A DNA stretch of 63,248 nucleotides, filler included, from Basidiobolus ranarum (lineage: Eukaryota), in NCBI GenBank assembly GCA_040143965.1. It is 32 parts of 32 records of this genome, joined end to end, with 100 filler letters (N's around TTAATTAATTAA, not from the genome) between each part and the next. Parts side by side here need not be neighbours in the genome. Positions count along the whole stretch, not along the records: positions 1 to 1,889 come from JASJQH010011024.1; positions 1,990 to 3,877 come from JASJQH010011025.1; positions 3,978 to 5,864 come from JASJQH010011026.1; positions 5,965 to 7,850 come from JASJQH010011027.1; positions 7,951 to 9,836 come from JASJQH010011028.1; positions 9,937 to 11,821 come from JASJQH010011029.1; positions 11,922 to 13,805 come from JASJQH010011030.1; 25 more parts are not named here. One strand, written 5' to 3'. This document shows, piece by piece, positions 1 to 12,769 of the stretch. Position 1 is the first letter of the stretch. Each line of letters opens with the position of its first letter. The translations under genes and the position numbers were made by a program. The notes under the pieces were generated by a model that worked only from the letters and a program-made list of their open reading frames with translations, was not told where the DNA came from and did not search any database.

Positions 1-374
1 TTTTCTTGATCTGGAAAATATTTTAAGATAGCAATAGATAATATTCTTCCTGCTTATTATGTGCAAGATATGATTGGAATATATCCAACACTACAGCGTT
101 GCATACAGATATTAAATTCTTGCAATATCTGGAACGGGTAGTACATCCTTGAAAGTATTTACTTTCTCTTCAGAAGCTACAGTTCATATTGAATTGAATT
201 GTACTCATTCCAATAGCATCCAATATGTGGTAAGCTACCATGAAAACCTTGCTAATTATGCTTTCTTCATAACACACAAACCAATGTTTCTCATGTGTGC
301 AATGTTGGGAAGCTCCAGAATCAATATGGAACTTCTGAGAATCCTTGTTGGTAATCATAGACAGAGCAGATATG
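1..374 (-). pseudogene. Ty1/Copia protease region, decayed
   Basis: Translates as FHIDSGASQHCTHEKHWF (Copia WxxDSGASxH motif); interrupted by LTR-B at 375. Confidence 0.85.
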
Positions 375-752
375 TATTGGGAAAATATAGGCTGTTTGGA
401 GGAACTTTAGAAAAGTAGAGTTGTGAATAGCTTTGTTGAGATAATTATTTATTGTCCTGAATTGAGGCATTTATTCATTTTGGCAGAAATACAAAAAACT
501 AACACTGGGGTTGTGTTCTGAACATCTGTGGGATTAAAATGAGCTATTTTTGGGGCTATTTGGACAAGTTTGAAATTTCCCATATAGAATTTCTCATTCT
601 CTCATTATTCACATATATATAAAAGATATGTTCCAATTTGCAGTTAAGTGATATTTGACTAAGATATATTAACTGACCTATATGTGATATATGAGATAGT
701 TAGGTGTGTAAGATATCAATAACAAATATGATAAAGATTATAAGCTTCCACA
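375..752 (-). repeat. Copia LTR family B, 3' LTR
   Basis: Matches 9407..9783 in reverse; preceded on the minus strand by polypurine-tract-like TTGAGTGGGAT and RNase H. Confidence 0.88.
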
Positions 753-1889
753 ATCCCACTCAACTAAATATTCATATATCATAATCCTACCTTAAATCTC
801 AATTCTGTAGATTTTGGTTGGGTAATGGTTTGCTAAGAATGTCAGCAATGTGTCCCTGGTTTGTCAGTACTCTAATTGACTGTGCGTATTCTCAATAGCT
901 TCCCTCACAAAGTGATGATGAATGTCACTGTGCTTACTTCTGGCATGAAATTTGGGATTTTTAGCTAAAGAGATAACTTTGATTATCCTTGAAAATTATG
1001 GTGAGTGAGCTTTGAAAAATACCCAAGTCTTTCAGCAGTTTCCTTAACTACATAGCCTTCTTTGTTGTTTGTGATGTTGCCATGTACTGTGCTTCAGTTG
1101 TGGAAAGTTCTATGGTGGGTTGTTTTGTGCTATTCCAAGATATGGATGCTTCACTATAGAGAAGGGTAGATCCAATGATACATCTTCTGTCCCCAATTTC
1201 ACATCCCCAATCTGTATCACTAAGCCCAATTAGATCCTTATTCTCATCAGCATATGTGTATCTTCATCCTAGATCAATTGTCCTCTTTAAATATCTGAAA
1301 ATCTGCTTTACTGCAGCATAATGCTCAGATTGTGGGTTTTGCACATGTTGGCTAACTACTCACACTGCAAAAGAGATATCTGGCCAGGTTCCAGTCATAG
1401 CATAGATTAAACTACCTGGCATAGATGGATAAGGGATCTCAGGCCTTTCAAATAACCTATTTTGAGCCATCTTTGGGCAATTTTCATTATTTTTGATGGG
1501 AGTTTTAACTAGTTTCACACCTGGATCCATGGGAGCTGCTCCTAGCTTACAGTTCTCCATCCTGTAACTTCTGAGAGTTTCTGAGATGTACTTAGACTGA
1601 TTCAGAATAATTGATTTGCTTAACATATCAATATGGATTGACAGGCCTCAAAATACATAAGTTCACCTAAACCGGTCATCTTGAATTGGACTAATGGATT
1701 TCTTTTGGTGTTACTGAAAGCTTAAGCATTAATAGTAGCTATAATCAGATCATCTAAGTATAAGACAAGTATCACCTTATTGTCCTTATCTGTTTTGAAG
1801 TAGACCCCAAAATCTGCCATGCTCTTTTGGAAATCAAGTGATTCAAAGTCAGTGTCTATTTTAGTGGACAAGGCCCTAGTTGATTGTTT
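753..1889 (-). pseudogene. Ty1/Copia RT and RNase H, decayed (family B)
   Basis: LNQSKYI, APMDPG, GSLIYAMTGTWPDISFAV and KQPTIELSTTEAQYMA motifs with stops and frameshifts. Confidence 0.93.
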
Positions 1890-1989
1890 NNNNNNNNNNN
1901 NNNNNNNNNNNNNNNNNNNNNNNNNNNNNNNNNTTAATTAATTAANNNNNNNNNNNNNNNNNNNNNNNNNNNNNNNNNNNNNNNNNNNN
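1890..1989. other. Artificial contig-joining spacer (first of 31)
   Basis: 44 N + TTAATTAATTAA (stops in all six frames) + 44 N, repeated 31 times; intervening contigs fall in length from 1889 to 1872 bp. Confidence 0.99.
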
Positions 1990-2097
1990 ATCAAATCTAA
2001 CTTGACAATTTTATGACGGTAAGTAAACGGTCAATCCCAAATGGATTAAAATTGTGACGGTTTTCCTACGATAACAATCCTCAAATTTCTGTTAGGG
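1990..2097 (-). mobile_element. CMC/CACTA transposon left end
   Basis: Reverse complement of CCCTAACAGAAATTTGAGGATTG; still retains its CpGs. Confidence 0.85.
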
Positions 2098-3434
2098 TAT
2101 AGGAATGTTGCTAAACAGCAAGGCTACCGAACCCACTGGGAAGCTCTAGCTCCAGCTAGACTCAGTTAACAATAAGATCATAGGCATATGGCTTATTTCT
2201 TTTGGATATTAGGGCAACCATTTTTGATTTGAAGCCAGAGAGTATATCAATATCTATGTGAGAACTTGATAGCATATTGCTGGACCTAGGCATTGTATTT
2301 GTTTAGTTTTAATAACTATCCTTGCTAGAGCAACTTAATGGATATGACAGATTTACCACAAGACAGCTCATTGTATTGCCAAAAGCCTTCAACTTCACTG
2401 GTGACAGGAGTGCCACTATTACATACAATCATATTAGGCTTGAATATGTCCAAAAAACCAACGTCTGTATATATATGATTAAAATATATACATTTGGTCA
2501 ATGATACTCAACTAATATTTCATATGCTTTAGCAAATGCACTAAGTATGGATTCTCTTTCCTTTGTGGAGAATATGGACTAAATCATTTCCACATACAAC
2601 ATATATTTGTAAAAACAAGTTTAAGCATATAGCATAACTGAAGCACACAACAAATAATTGTAACTAAACAAGAGTAGGTTATATCATAAATTGATAACTA
2701 GTCCTTTGGTAGTAATTGAAGTATAGTTGAATAACAAGCAGCTCTATTCCAAAATATCAAACATCTGATTTTGGCACTGCCACTTGCTCAATCCTATTTC
2801 AGTTTTCCTCCAATATGGACAGCTCCTGATTGTTGTTAACTTTCTTCCAGATACTCCATGCTCTAGTGGCCCTGTTTTCAGTTAAAACTCTTTGAATCAA
2901 CTCCTGGCTTTTTTTCAAGCCTAACTTTTCTGAATTTGCTCCTCTATTGATCTTGTGCTCTACTCACTTTTAGGTGGCCAGTTTCCCTCTTCTTCTGTTT
3001 TAGTGTTGTACGCCATCATTATCTGAATTTTGGTCATATTCTGTAGCTTTGGCTACATTTCCCTCAATCATTTCTTCCATAGGCTCCAATTGGTTTGTCC
3101 AGGCTCTTCTCCTAGCAGACTTGTCAATATTGATTCTATATTGATCAAGTCAAACTGTTCCCCTTTTTAGTACATCTCTGTCTTCTTGCCAAACTAGTGC
3201 TTTCTATCAAACACAATCTTGACTTACTCACATTGGTTATCAAAGTTCTGTACCTCACTCCTCCAATGACTAATTCTCATGATGTAATCCAACCAGATAT
3301 GTCTTATCATCCCTCTTACTAATTTGAGTGCTCATCCAGGCCAATGGGTTGATTACAGATTGACTTGCGCAATCACCAGATCAACATTCTATTTTGGCAT
3401 CAAATTTTGCACACAATCAGTAAATGTTGTGACT

Positions 3435-3765
3435 TCCTAACAAAAATAAGTTGAATTTTAATCAATATGCATGCCTATATTTTGAAATTTTGGGCTTTGT
3501 ATTCCAGCCATAATCAGAATCAAAAAATACAAGAATCGTATTGTGTTTAGTCTCTACATATCAACATACTTGAATGATCAGACATAAATCAGCAGTTATT
3601 ATGCTGAAAGAATTCAAAAACCATAAGCACATTGAAAAGAGCCCTTGGTTGGAAGGTTAATATACTCTGGAGTCTCCTTAATCTATCACATTACAGCTGT
3701 CACAGATTTTGCTCATACATTGTTAATCAGATCAGCATATGGCAATACTGACAATCTTACACAGA
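3435..3765 (-). mobile_element. CMC transposon right end, internally deleted
   Basis: TCCTAACAAAAAT terminus followed by patches matching 16223..17200. Confidence 0.65.
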
Positions 3766-3767
3766 GT

Positions 3768-3877
3768 TGTTGAAATTAGGTAAATAGCAACTCATTATTT
3801 AGTAGTTAGTTTATTCATATTCTGATTATTTAGCACTCAATTCTGTTATTCAAAAACGTGTGTTTATTGCTCTAATT
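3768..3877 (+). repeat. Probable LTR (family F), truncated by contig end
   Basis: Starts TGTTGAAATTAGG; AAACGTGTGTTTATTGCTCTAATT recurs in reverse near 15964..15987. Confidence 0.45.
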
Positions 3878-3977
3878 NNNNNNNNNNNNNNNNNNNNNNN
3901 NNNNNNNNNNNNNNNNNNNNNTTAATTAATTAANNNNNNNNNNNNNNNNNNNNNNNNNNNNNNNNNNNNNNNNNNNN

Positions 3978-5864
3978 ATCCAAACAAGGAAAGTCTACTT
4001 AGGTGATGACTTTGCACTAGATGCAGTTGGCAAGGGCGCAGTTGTACTCTATTTAGACCAAAAATCAGCTACACCACCTGCAAAATCAGATGATGTACTC
4101 TATGTACCAAATGTAGCCAACAATATTTACTCTCAGTAAGCCAAGCAACACCTCAAGGATTAAATTTCATGTTCAGTAAGGCTGGATACACTATCACAGC
4201 TCAGAATAATACCAAATTAGCTACTGGGATCAAAACTCAAAATTTATACAAGCTAGAAATCAACAAATTGCATTCTGAGCATGCAAACTTGGCTAAAACT
4301 GGTGAAAAAAGTTGTCAAATGCGGCGTAGAAGATTAGGTCATATTGAGGAACAAAAACTGACCCAAATGATCCAAAATCAGCTTGTTCCAGGCTTGGAGA
4401 TTGGAAATATCACTAATTTGGATCTTTGTGAAGGTTGCAAATATGGAAAACTTCACAGGCAGCCGTTTTCAAGCTCTGGAGAGCTCAAATCCATTCAGAA
4501 TTTCTGCCTGATTGATTCTGACCCATGTGGGCCCATGAAAAACATCTCACTGGGTGGGAAACGGAACTTTAAGACCTTTATTGATGACAAAACAAGATAT
4601 ACTTAGGTGTTCTTTCTCAAATCAAAATCTGAAGCCTTAGTTATGTTCAAACACCACAAAGCAATGGTATAGAGAGAATCAGCATAAAAAATAAGGGTAC
4701 TAAGAAGTGATGATGGTGGAGAATACTGCTCCAAAGACTTTACTAATTTTTGCTCTAAACATGGAATTAAGTACCAAACTGCTGTACCTTATACTCTACA
4801 GCAAAATGGAGTTGCAGAATGTGCTAATAAGACCATAGTGGAGATGGCAAGATCAATGTTACATGATCACAAGTTAGATTACCCATATTGGGCCAAATCT
4901 GTCTCCACTCCAGTCTATATCAAAAACAGATGCCCAACAAGATTGCTACAAAATTTTACTCCATTTGAAGCCCTATATGGATCAAAACCAAGTGTGGATC
5001 ATCTCAGGATCTTTGGTTGCATAGCATATTGCCAAGTTCCAGCTCAAAAATGGTCAAAATTGGAACCCAAAAGCAGAAAAAGCATATTTCTTGGTTACTG
5101 TGATGGATCCAAGGCCTATAGACTGTTTGATACCAAAAATCAGAAGTTAATTAAGTGCAGAGAAGTGATTTTTGATGAAAAAGTAAATTTTTCACCTCAA
5201 ATCACATTTCTTGATCCAGAAAACCAAATCAGCACTATTCAGGAAGTGTCTGACAAAATTCCAGCTCTATCTGAGCCCTATTGAACCAAAATTTCAGTCC
5301 CAATTATAGCAAAGGATGATTCAGGACCCAGAAGATCATCCAGAAGGAGAAATAAGCCAGGAAACTGGTGGAAGACTTCCAATGATGATGGATATGTTTA
5401 TGCAGCATTTTGTGATGAGCCACAGTCTCTAGATCAAGCTTTGCAGTGTCCAGAATCAAAATTATGGGCAAAAGCAATGTGAAAGAGTTTTCTTCAATTT
5501 AGGACAATAAAACGTAGGTTTTAAGTCCTCATCCATCAGGGAGTAAGCCAATAGGTTGCAAATGGGTCTACAAAGTCAAAAACTGAGCTGATGGAACCAT
5601 AGAAAGGTACAAAGCAAGATTAATTGCAAAATGCTATTCCCAGACTCCAGGAGTGGATTTTAATGAAACTTTTGCTCCTGTAGCTGACTTTAGCTCCATT
5701 AGATCAATCCTGGCACTCTCAGCCATCCATAACCTTGATATACATCAAATGGGTGTAAAAACAGCCTTTCTGAATGGAAATCTAGAAGAAGAGATCTATA
5801 TGGAGCAACCAGATGGATTTGTTGACCCAAAACATCCTGATATGGTCTGTAAGCTGCAAAAATT
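3978..5864 (+). pseudogene. Ty1/Copia pol (pre-integrase, integrase, RT start), decayed
   Basis: RRLGH..CEGCKYGK, SDPCGPM, TFIDD, QQNGVAEC, LRIFGC, IFLGY, DFNETFAPV, VKTAFLNGNLEEEIYMEQPDGF; integrase precedes RT; several stops. Confidence 0.96.
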
Positions 5865-5964
5865 NNNNNNNNNNNNNNNNNNNNNNNNNNNNNNNNNNNN
5901 NNNNNNNNTTAATTAATTAANNNNNNNNNNNNNNNNNNNNNNNNNNNNNNNNNNNNNNNNNNNN

Positions 5965-6075
5965 CTAAGTAAATTCCGATTGAGAATAATTGATAATATC
6001 TTAGTGAATTATAAGATAACTAAGCACTAAGCTACATATGACTATATAGGTGTTTAGGCAATGCTAATTTCAACA
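5965..6075 (-). repeat. Copia LTR family A, 5' part
   Basis: Reverse match to the start of 51000..51347. Confidence 0.88.
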
Positions 6076-7722
6076 GTATATACACATTCTAGAACGTCAA
6101 GTTGAGAAATTGGTGGATTAATGAATACCAATGTGCTTTACTATGTTGTTACAACTTTTGAAATAATGAAATGAAGTACCTAACTATTCATACTTCTTTT
6201 TTAGCATAGTTCATATTTTGTAAGTCAAAATCGTCACATATTTTGGATACATTTGACAAATGTCAGAAATCTTCACAAAAACAAAGTTTCAAACTGGTTC
6301 AAAACTCCCCAAACTTTAACCCTGCTTGTCTGAATATCTGAAAAAACACATCCCTGTTAGTCTGTCTTTTCATTTTCAACATAAGTATAAATACTTATTT
6401 TCAATTCAATGAAACAATATGTGCAAATCACATATTTCTTCTAATTATCCTAAACACTTCCGATTCATCCCAAATACTCACAACAATAACAATAAACCAC
6501 TTGAAATATAATTATTACTGAATTATAAAACTGAGTAAAGATTGATATCAGAATTGAATTGATAAGTCACTACCTTTTCCATGAGAAACCACATTAACAT
6601 TCTAGTGTATGGCAGTGTTCTCTTAATGGAGGATCATTTTAAGCATCAATTAATTCAATGTGAAAGTAAGATTTAATTGGCACTTGATTTTACACAACAA
6701 TAAGTTGTTTACATATCTGAGCTTTCAAAAATGGGCGAGTACAATACACTGTAGGTACATGTGAGATACTGCATGCCAAAATCACTTACATCGAGTAGCT
6801 AACCAAATACTCAACCGTTTTGATCCCATAGAGTCTAAACCGCATTTTAGAACAGTCGAAATTGGTTTGTAAACCTTGATTAAAGCTGGGTTATATCGTA
6901 TAGAGCAACAAATGATTCACTAACGATATTATGAATTTGCTAGTAAATGAATAATTATTTCAGAGTATTAGAAGCTATTTGGAAGAAAAGGAATACTCTA
7001 TATTTTACCAGCGTTATTTTGCATAGATCACGTATGATAAAGAGTAAGAATAGTTTTTCACACTGTAATTCTCATTATTGTATCAGTAGGTAATTATTGG
7101 TTTTGTTGATCGAACAGTATGCCGCCATGTACTGCTTGAACTAGTAATATAATTGTTTACCGATTGATCGAGGGTATTTCTAATTCAATGCATTCTTGAA
7201 CTATTTCCCTACGATAGATACATATTCCCAGTTTCTAATTACTACTGCCTAGTCATGTCACGGTTAGTCACTTACAGCCAACCGTTACGTTGATATGCCT
7301 GCTCACAGTATAATTATGATTAAGGTATTGTTGCCAAGAGTCGAATAAGAAATTAGAAGTACAAATTATTAGTAACAAAGATATACTTGACTCGGTATCT
7401 AGCATTATATGAATCATACCAGTATAGCACTCAATCTTGAAATCATCAAGAGAAGAGTCACTGCTTCCAACTAAAAAGAACAATGGGCTTGGCGATCTAT
7501 GGTTATGACATAGAGTTCACGTAGAGTTTGAAGCGATATTCATGCATCGCGTTTGAAGTGGTGTTCACTTTACATGAAACACCGATTACTCCTTACATGT
7601 AAAACATATATATACTCGAGAGGTACTGAAGCTAAAAAGTATTAACTAATCTTGGATATCAAGCAATAGCATCTAATTGTAAACCCAAATATTCCGCTTT
7701 AAATTAACTTTTTAACATAACC

Positions 7723-7850
7723 ATGAAATTTACTTTTGTAACCATTGCTCTGCTCACCTGCGCAACCCCAATCTATCACGCTGCCCTCAGTTTAGATGGA
7801 AGATGTGGAAACGGAGTTGAATGTCCGACTGGTTCATGTTGTTCTTCATG
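7723..7850 (+). CDS. Secreted chitin-binding (CBM18/hevein) protein, N-terminus only
   Basis: MKFTFVTIALLTCATPIYHAALSLDGRCGNGVECPTGSCCSS: signal peptide plus CG..C...CCS hevein motif; cut by the contig end; absent from the ORF track. Confidence 0.85.
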
Positions 7851-7950
7851 NNNNNNNNNNNNNNNNNNNNNNNNNNNNNNNNNNNNNNNNNNNNTTAATT
7901 AATTAANNNNNNNNNNNNNNNNNNNNNNNNNNNNNNNNNNNNNNNNNNNN

Positions 7951-8200
7951 GGGGTTGTGTTCAGAATATCTGTGGGAGTAAAATGAGCTATATTTGGGGC
8001 AATTATGGATGAGTTTGAAATTTCTAATATGGAATTGCTAATTCTCACATTATTCATATATGTATATAATATATGTACCCATTTTCAGTTGAGTGATATT
8101 TGACTAAATAATGTTAACTAACTTATATATGTGATATATGAAATAGTTAGGTATGTAAAGATAGAGATAACAAATATGATAAAGACAATAAACTTCAGTA
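7951..8200 (-). repeat. Copia LTR family B, partial
   Basis: Reverse match to 9407..9655. Confidence 0.85.
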
Positions 8201-9406
8201 ATCAACACATGTGCAAAAAACATTACTCAAATTTTACACATTTACCACTTGAATGCTCATTGGTCAGCTTTGAAATCCCTAGTTTCTTTGATATATCCAG
8301 CTGAACATTTTTACAGAGTTCTTCATACCCAAGATTGAACTCATATCCAACACAAGTTTGTATCAATATCTCCATTAGTGCCCACCATTGTATTAACATT
8401 GCTGAAGCAACATTCTTCCACCTATCTGGTGGATACCCTGCAATATTGTGCCACTCTGTATTAAGTTCTTCCCAGATATATGAATGGTCAACACCAGACT
8501 GAATGTCAAGTTAAATGTTCTTCTTCTGAAGCCACTTTCTGCATACTTTCACTGTGTTTTTTCTCCTTCATACTTTTAAAAGTACTCCTCAAGTGCTTTT
8601 ACTATTTTCATAAGTCCTTTTAATGTGACACTACTGAGGGTGCTTTGCAGTGCTTGTGTGGCTTTTTGCTTGCCTTTAAGTTTGAGGCTAATTTCAACAC
8701 TTTGAAAAGTACCAGTTGAGGTTGGAGAGCTTTGAGTTTTATTTGCTGGTGTTTTGGCTTATTGAGAGATGCCAGGCTTTGGATAAACTTTGGAATTTAA
8801 TACTCTTCTGTCTGGTGTACCTGGTTCCATGGTGAAATTAAGCTTTTTGCTAGTAGATCTGACTCTGGATATGCATATTTTTGTAATGATGTGAAGAATT
8901 TGGTAAGTGGGACAGTAAATCCTGAACTCACTGGCTCCTTTGCTTTTCACTTGGGTTTACTAACTTCCTGCTCCTTGAGTACTTCTTTAGCTGCTTTTCT
9001 TTCTTTTCCATGACACTAATTGCTACATTCTTGAGATGTTTCATGAATAGGCCTATACTAGCCCAATTGCCATTTGCTTGAAAATCCAGGATCAGTGACA
9101 TGAAATAAATCAAAAATCTTCAGAGTAATGCCTGGTTTTTGGTTTTTCCATGATTGGCTCAAATTAAGGTGATTTTGGGTAAGATATCACACAGTTTCCA
9201 AAATATTAAACCACTCATTATCAGAGCAAGTGACAGCAGCTCTAACATTCAGAGTCTTTTGTTTTGCCAGTTTTCCTATGAAGGTTCTACCTTCATGTGC
9301 CCAAGCAGTTTTGGGTGGTTGTGTAGGCTTAATGGTCCTACACATATTCTGCTCTGCTAGATTGTCACAATGACATTCATATGTATGGTGTGTGATTGAT
9401 TGAAAT
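8201..9406 (+). mobile_element. CMC transposon left arm with decayed antisense ORF2
   Basis: Colinear with 12970..13685 and 52320..53230, which follow the left terminus. Confidence 0.8.
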
Positions 9407-9836
9407 TGTTGAAGTTTATTATCTTATCATATTTATTATCACTATCTTTATACACCTAACTATTTCATGTATCGTATATAAGTTAGTTAACATTATGTAG
9501 TCAAACATCACTTAGCTGAAAATTGGAACATATATTATATATATATATGAATAATGTGGGAATTAGCAATTCCATATTGGAAGTTTCAAACTTGTCCAAA
9601 TTGCCCCAAACATAGCTCATTTTACTCCCACAGATGTTCTGAACACAACCCCAGTGTTAGTTATCCATATTTCCACAAAAAGGTATAAATGCTTTATTTC
9701 TGGACAATAAACAATTATCTCACAAAGCTATTCACAACTCCACTTTTCTAAAGTTCCTCCAAACAGCCCATATTTTCCCAATAAGTTATGAGCCCCATGT
9801 TCCAACGTTTACAGCATGACAGAAACCACTACTACC
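9407..9836 (+). mobile_element. Copia family B 5' LTR (9407..9783), PBS and gag start
   Basis: TGTTGAAG...CCCAATA, then AGTTATGAGCCC, then ATG at 9816 (MTETTTT, as at 38568). Confidence 0.9.
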
Positions 9837-11142
9837 NNNNNNNNNNNNNNNNNNNNNNNNNNNNNNNNNNNNNNNNNNNNTTAATTAATTAANNNNNNNN
9901 NNNNNNNNNNNNNNNNNNNNNNNNNNNNNNNNNNNNATTTCAGCTATACAAGCAACTGATTGGCCTTAGACTTTGTGTTCAGATGCAGCCACCATACTCC
10001 ATATTTTCCTCTTTAGGAATTACTGCTTGTACCACAAGTCACCAGACTTTCAACAATAGATTGGGTCTTTTGCAAATCAATAGTCTTTCAAATTCAAGCC
10101 AAAAAGACTATGCATCTATTCTAAACTGTTTGAGGTGAAAAATTTATTAGGTATGTTTTTTCTATATTTCTTGATGAAATAGCCAGCTTGGCCTTGTTTA
10201 TTAGCTCTGTTATTGTCTTTATGTCTGCCTTAATCTCTTTGTCACTTCCCCCACTCATCTGCATTTTGCTTTCCAGTGCCTTGATTCTTTTGTTCCTCTC
10301 CAGAGCAGTTTAATAAGCATTCTAACCATATATCCAAATTGAAGGTTGACCTGATAAGTAGCAACAATATTTGCCACTTTCTAAGAAGCTATCTGGTGAG
10401 CTTACTTCATGTAGACTGGTTTATAAGAGCAGCATTGATAATACTTACCCCAATGCATTAGTATTAGATCTTTATAGATATTTGATTCTATCAAAGCCTT
10501 CAGTTTTCATGGCTTGTAGTTATTGAGGAAAAACAAAAAGAATGCTTTATACAAGCCAATTTTAATGCAATCCTCCAAAACAAACTCAGGACTGGCTTCC
10601 AGTTTATGAGTAAAGATGTTCCTCAAAAAGAGAATGTGTGTGACAAGGGTATGAGCATCAGTTACAAGTGGTATCAGTAATGGAACATATTGCAGCTTCC
10701 ACCCAGTACCAGCAATTCAGCCTTTGACTGCAATAGCTTTTAGTAGTGGTTCCACCTAGAGACAAAGAGAAAATGCAAATTGACCTCTTTTCTATGCTCA
10801 GAGCATCCATTGCAAAGCCTAGTAATGATTGGTATTATATCTTATGAAGAAACTATAAAGATTTTGGCTACTGCTGAGAGTAAATTGTCTGAGTTCGATA
10901 CATTTACAGAGGTACTGTTGAAGAAGTGTGACTCTACCATGCAACAAAGCATATCTGTTGAAAGAGTTCAATGGTCTAACACTTATCGAGCACCTATGAC
11001 ATCTCAACAATATAAAAAACAAGCAATCAAAATTCATAGCTCTCTAACCTCAGCCACAACCTTCCATAGTGTTGATGTAGGCACTGTGCATAAGAACAAG
11101 CAAAAAACTGCCAAAACCCCTGCAATCCAAGTTGGCAGTTTC

Positions 11143-11489
11143 TGTTAAGGTATTTGGACACCTGCTTGAAGTGGTTGGGAAAGTTGGAGAAACTGGTGGC
11201 TTTCCCTGCTTGATATATAGAGCAGAGATTTGACAGTGATACTTTTTCCATGATTCAAGCAAACATATATATAGAATGTATTAAGAAAGGCCCAAGGAAC
11301 ATGTGTGCAAAGTGTGGGGCTTCTAGCACTAGTTTGAAAAAATCTATATATTAGAGAACTTCTAAGTTGGTAAAAATATTCTAAGTAAATTCCAATTGAG
11401 AATAATGGGTAATATGTCAGTCAAATAGAGGTAACTAAGTACTAAGCTATATGTTACTATGCAGGTGCTAAGGCAATGCTAAATTCAGG
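11143..11489 (-). repeat. Copia LTR family A, degenerate
   Basis: Reverse match to 51000..51347 with an internal deletion. Confidence 0.8.
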
Positions 11490-11645
11490 AAAACACATAC
11501 TGATAATGGTGGAGATTATACTTCTGCATCATTTAATAACTTTTGCAAAGTTCATGGAATTAAGCAAAAAACTACTGCCCCCATTCACCTCAACAAGTTG
11601 GAGTTGCTGAAAGAGCTAACAGAACTAATTAGAAATGGCAAGACC
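11490..11645 (+). pseudogene. Copia integrase core fragment
   Basis: HTDNGGDYTSASFNNFCKVHGIKQKTTAP. Confidence 0.8.
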
Positions 11646-11821
11646 TGTCATAATTCTGATCTCCGCATACTGATCCACTGCAAGTAGAACTCTTCTATTA
11701 TTAGATTATAACATCATATCTGCTGTGCCATCCCTTCTCGGCAATCTGGTGTTAGTTCATCCAGATTACCTTATATGGAAGTCATGTTCTTTGGAACATT
11801 CCATGAAACCTAACCAATCAT
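11646..11821 (+). repeat. Gypsy-type LTR family E, 5' part
   Basis: TGTCATAATTCTGATC start matches 51551; inserted in Copia integrase. Confidence 0.85.
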
Positions 11822-11921
11822 NNNNNNNNNNNNNNNNNNNNNNNNNNNNNNNNNNNNNNNNNNNNTTAATTAATTAANNNNNNNNNNNNNNNNNNNNNNN
11901 NNNNNNNNNNNNNNNNNNNNN

Positions 11922-12769
11922 TAAAGAAGGCAATGAGGCCTTTGGCCAACAAAATACTTCCTTACTGAAGCCTCACCAACTTCAAATTAGTGCAACTGCT
12001 CTTTCTCTGCCTAGTTCAAGAACATTCCATGAAGACATCCACAAACATCAATCTGAAGACTCATTTTTAATATCAATCAAGAAAGCTCAGGATACAAACA
12101 AAGGCCTCTCAAGCTTGAACATGTACCACCTTTTCTCTATCATCAATGATCTCTTGTTTTATAAGAAGCTCCTTTACATTCCAGAACACACTTTCAGACT
12201 CAAAATCATGCAGGAAAGACATGACCTAACACTTGCAGGACACTTTGGTATTGCCAAATCATATATGCTAGCATCCAGAGCTTATTGGTGGCCAAAAATA
12301 CTTGCATTTTTCAAGACTTATGTTTCCACCTATGAAACTTGTGCTTGAGTGAAGACGGCAAGACATCAGTGCCATGACCTCCTAAAGCCATTTCTCATTC
12401 CTGATCAGCAGTGGAAATTCATGTACCCAGATTTCATAACTGATCTACCCTTATCTGCCAAATATGATTCAATTCTAGTGATTGTTGACCATCCCACAAA
12501 GATGGCAAACTTTGTGCCCTGCAACAAGTCAATTGATGCAAAACAAACAGTAGAATTGGTAACTCAAAATATCTTCCACCAGAATGGACTCCCTGAAACC
12601 ATCATCACTGATAGAGGACCTTGGTTTGCATCCAAATTCTGCAAAAGTCTTCTACAAAACTTGGGTATCTCTGCCAACCTATCCACTACCTTCCATCACC
12701 AATTTGATGGCCCAACAGAAAATGTCAATTAAGTTCTGAAGCAATATTTGCAATGCACATTTACTTATA
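11922..12769 (+). pseudogene. Ty3/Gypsy integrase, decayed
   Basis: HDLTLAGHFGIAKS..YWWP..ETCA (H2C2), DFITDLPLS, VIVDH, IITDRG, STTFHHQFDGPTE. Confidence 0.93.

Noticed and set aside
1934..1945. TTAATTAATTAA at about 1.98-kb intervals as a biological repeat or CRISPR-like array
   Set aside because: Always centred in N runs; it is a six-frame stop linker.
3978..5864. Ascomycete-style RIP as the cause of decay
   Set aside because: CA and TG remain abundant and the paired variants I could trace sit at CpG; not quantified.
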